A DNA stretch of 63,995 nucleotides, filler included, from Blastocystis sp. subtype 4 (Eukaryota), in NCBI RefSeq assembly GCF_000743755.1. It is 39 parts of 39 records of this genome, joined end to end, with 100 filler letters (N's around TTAATTAATTAA, not from the genome) between each part and the next. Parts side by side here need not be neighbours in the genome. Positions count along the whole stretch, not along the records: positions 62,936 to 63,995 come from NW_014568574.1; 38 more parts are not named here. One strand, written 5' to 3'. This document shows positions 62,936-63,995 of this stretch, piece by piece. Made by a program: the position numbers and the translations under genes. Below the pieces are notes generated by a model, which saw nothing but the letters and a program-made list of their open reading frames with translations, ran no database searches and had not been told where the DNA came from. Position 1 is the stretch's first letter. Each line of letters starts with the position of its first letter.

Positions 62936-63995
62936 CTATCGATTTCAATTCTTTCATTTCTTATCAATCTGGCATTTCTACTGATAATCCTTGTTCTGTT
63001 TATCCTCATTCTATCTCTTCTTCTGGTTCCATGAATGATGCTTCATGGGCATTTGAGTATTGGATTATTGCTGCATCGATATCTCCTTCTTCTCTTCCTG
63101 CTTATGTGATTGGTACATTTGAAACTATCATTCCTCTTATCAATTCTATTCGATTATATACTAGAGATTATCCAAATCGATCTCCATCTTCATTCACTAT
63201 ATCAGGAAGTGATTCTGATTCTTCTTGGACTACTCTATTGACTCAATCTGGTCAGGCTTATTCTTATAATTCATGGAAACAATGGTCATTGAATTCTCGT
63301 TCACAATTCAAATCAATCAAGTTCACTGTCAATTCTGTTCAATCAACTGATCGTGCCAATGTCAATGGACTTCAATTCATGACATGTAATCAAGATATCA
63401 CTCTTTCTCTTCCTCAATCCTTCCATTCATTCTTCATTCATCATCCAATCTCATTAACAGTTGATATGAATGGAATCACAAACTGTATCATCTCTCCTCC
63501 TCTTCCTCAAGGACTCATTCTCAATCCTTCTTCTTGTTCTATCTCTGGATCTCTCTCATCCTCCTATTCATCTATTCATACAATCACTGCTCTATCTGGA
63601 TCAAACTCTCTCATTCGTTCTGTTTCTCTCACCATCATTTCCTGTTATGAATCTCTATCACTTCATCTCATTCATTCAACCCAATCCACTCAAGGACAAG
63701 GATTCATCATTCGTAATACACTCACAAATCAAGTATTGAAGCAAGTCTCTCCTCAAGATCAACTCTCTATTGGAGATACTCATTATGCTATCTGTACTTC
63801 AGATCCACTACAAATCTCTCTCTCAAGCTCCACTGCTTATTGGTCTCCCAATTCCTATCTCTATCTCTATCAAGTTCATAATCCAGATGGAGAAGGAGAA
63901 CTCTTGTTGAAGGCTCGATATGACATCTATGTCAGGAATACTCACACATTCCATATTCACAACTATCAAATCAACAGAAATCAACAATGGTATTA
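62936..63995 (+). CDS. He_PIG surface protein fragment
   Basis: Open frame, closely similar to 12808-13800. Confidence 0.8.

Overview
This is not a contiguous locus. It is 39 short contigs (mostly ~1.4 kb) joined by an artificial 100-nt linker (N44-TTAATTAATTAA-N44), so adjacency across linkers is meaningless. The source is a compact AT-rich eukaryote, most probably Blastocystis (inference): ~30-35 nt GT-AG introns, TGTTTGTT just downstream of many gene ends, and a PFO C-terminus together with complex I subunit B8. Contents: (1) about 17 fragments of an expanded surface-protein family with He_PIG-type Ig repeats and galactose-binding-like domains; (2) BspA-like LRR genes; (3) several glycosyltransferase-like genes; (4) housekeeping genes (RPS23, RPL11, NDUFA2, GMDS, LYAR, SRPRB, NECAP, TSEN2-like, PIF1, an ABCB transporter), tRNA-Gly(GCC) and a 28S rRNA fragment; (5) an intron-containing hAT-transposase-derived gene. 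The main finding is a multi-copy endogenous element the ORF track misses. It has nine copies of a terminus-like repeat (up to ~215 bp), most beginning AGTAGTAGG or a close variant. In three contigs this repeat leads directly into a decayed, intronless gene whose reconstructed protein has the motif pattern of Polinton/Polinton-like-virus minor capsid (penton) proteins. A second, longer penton-like gene lies on another contig. I infer an endogenous Polinton/Maverick-like virus family with non-autonomous derivatives. All family assignments are from motif recognition by eye; no searches were run.
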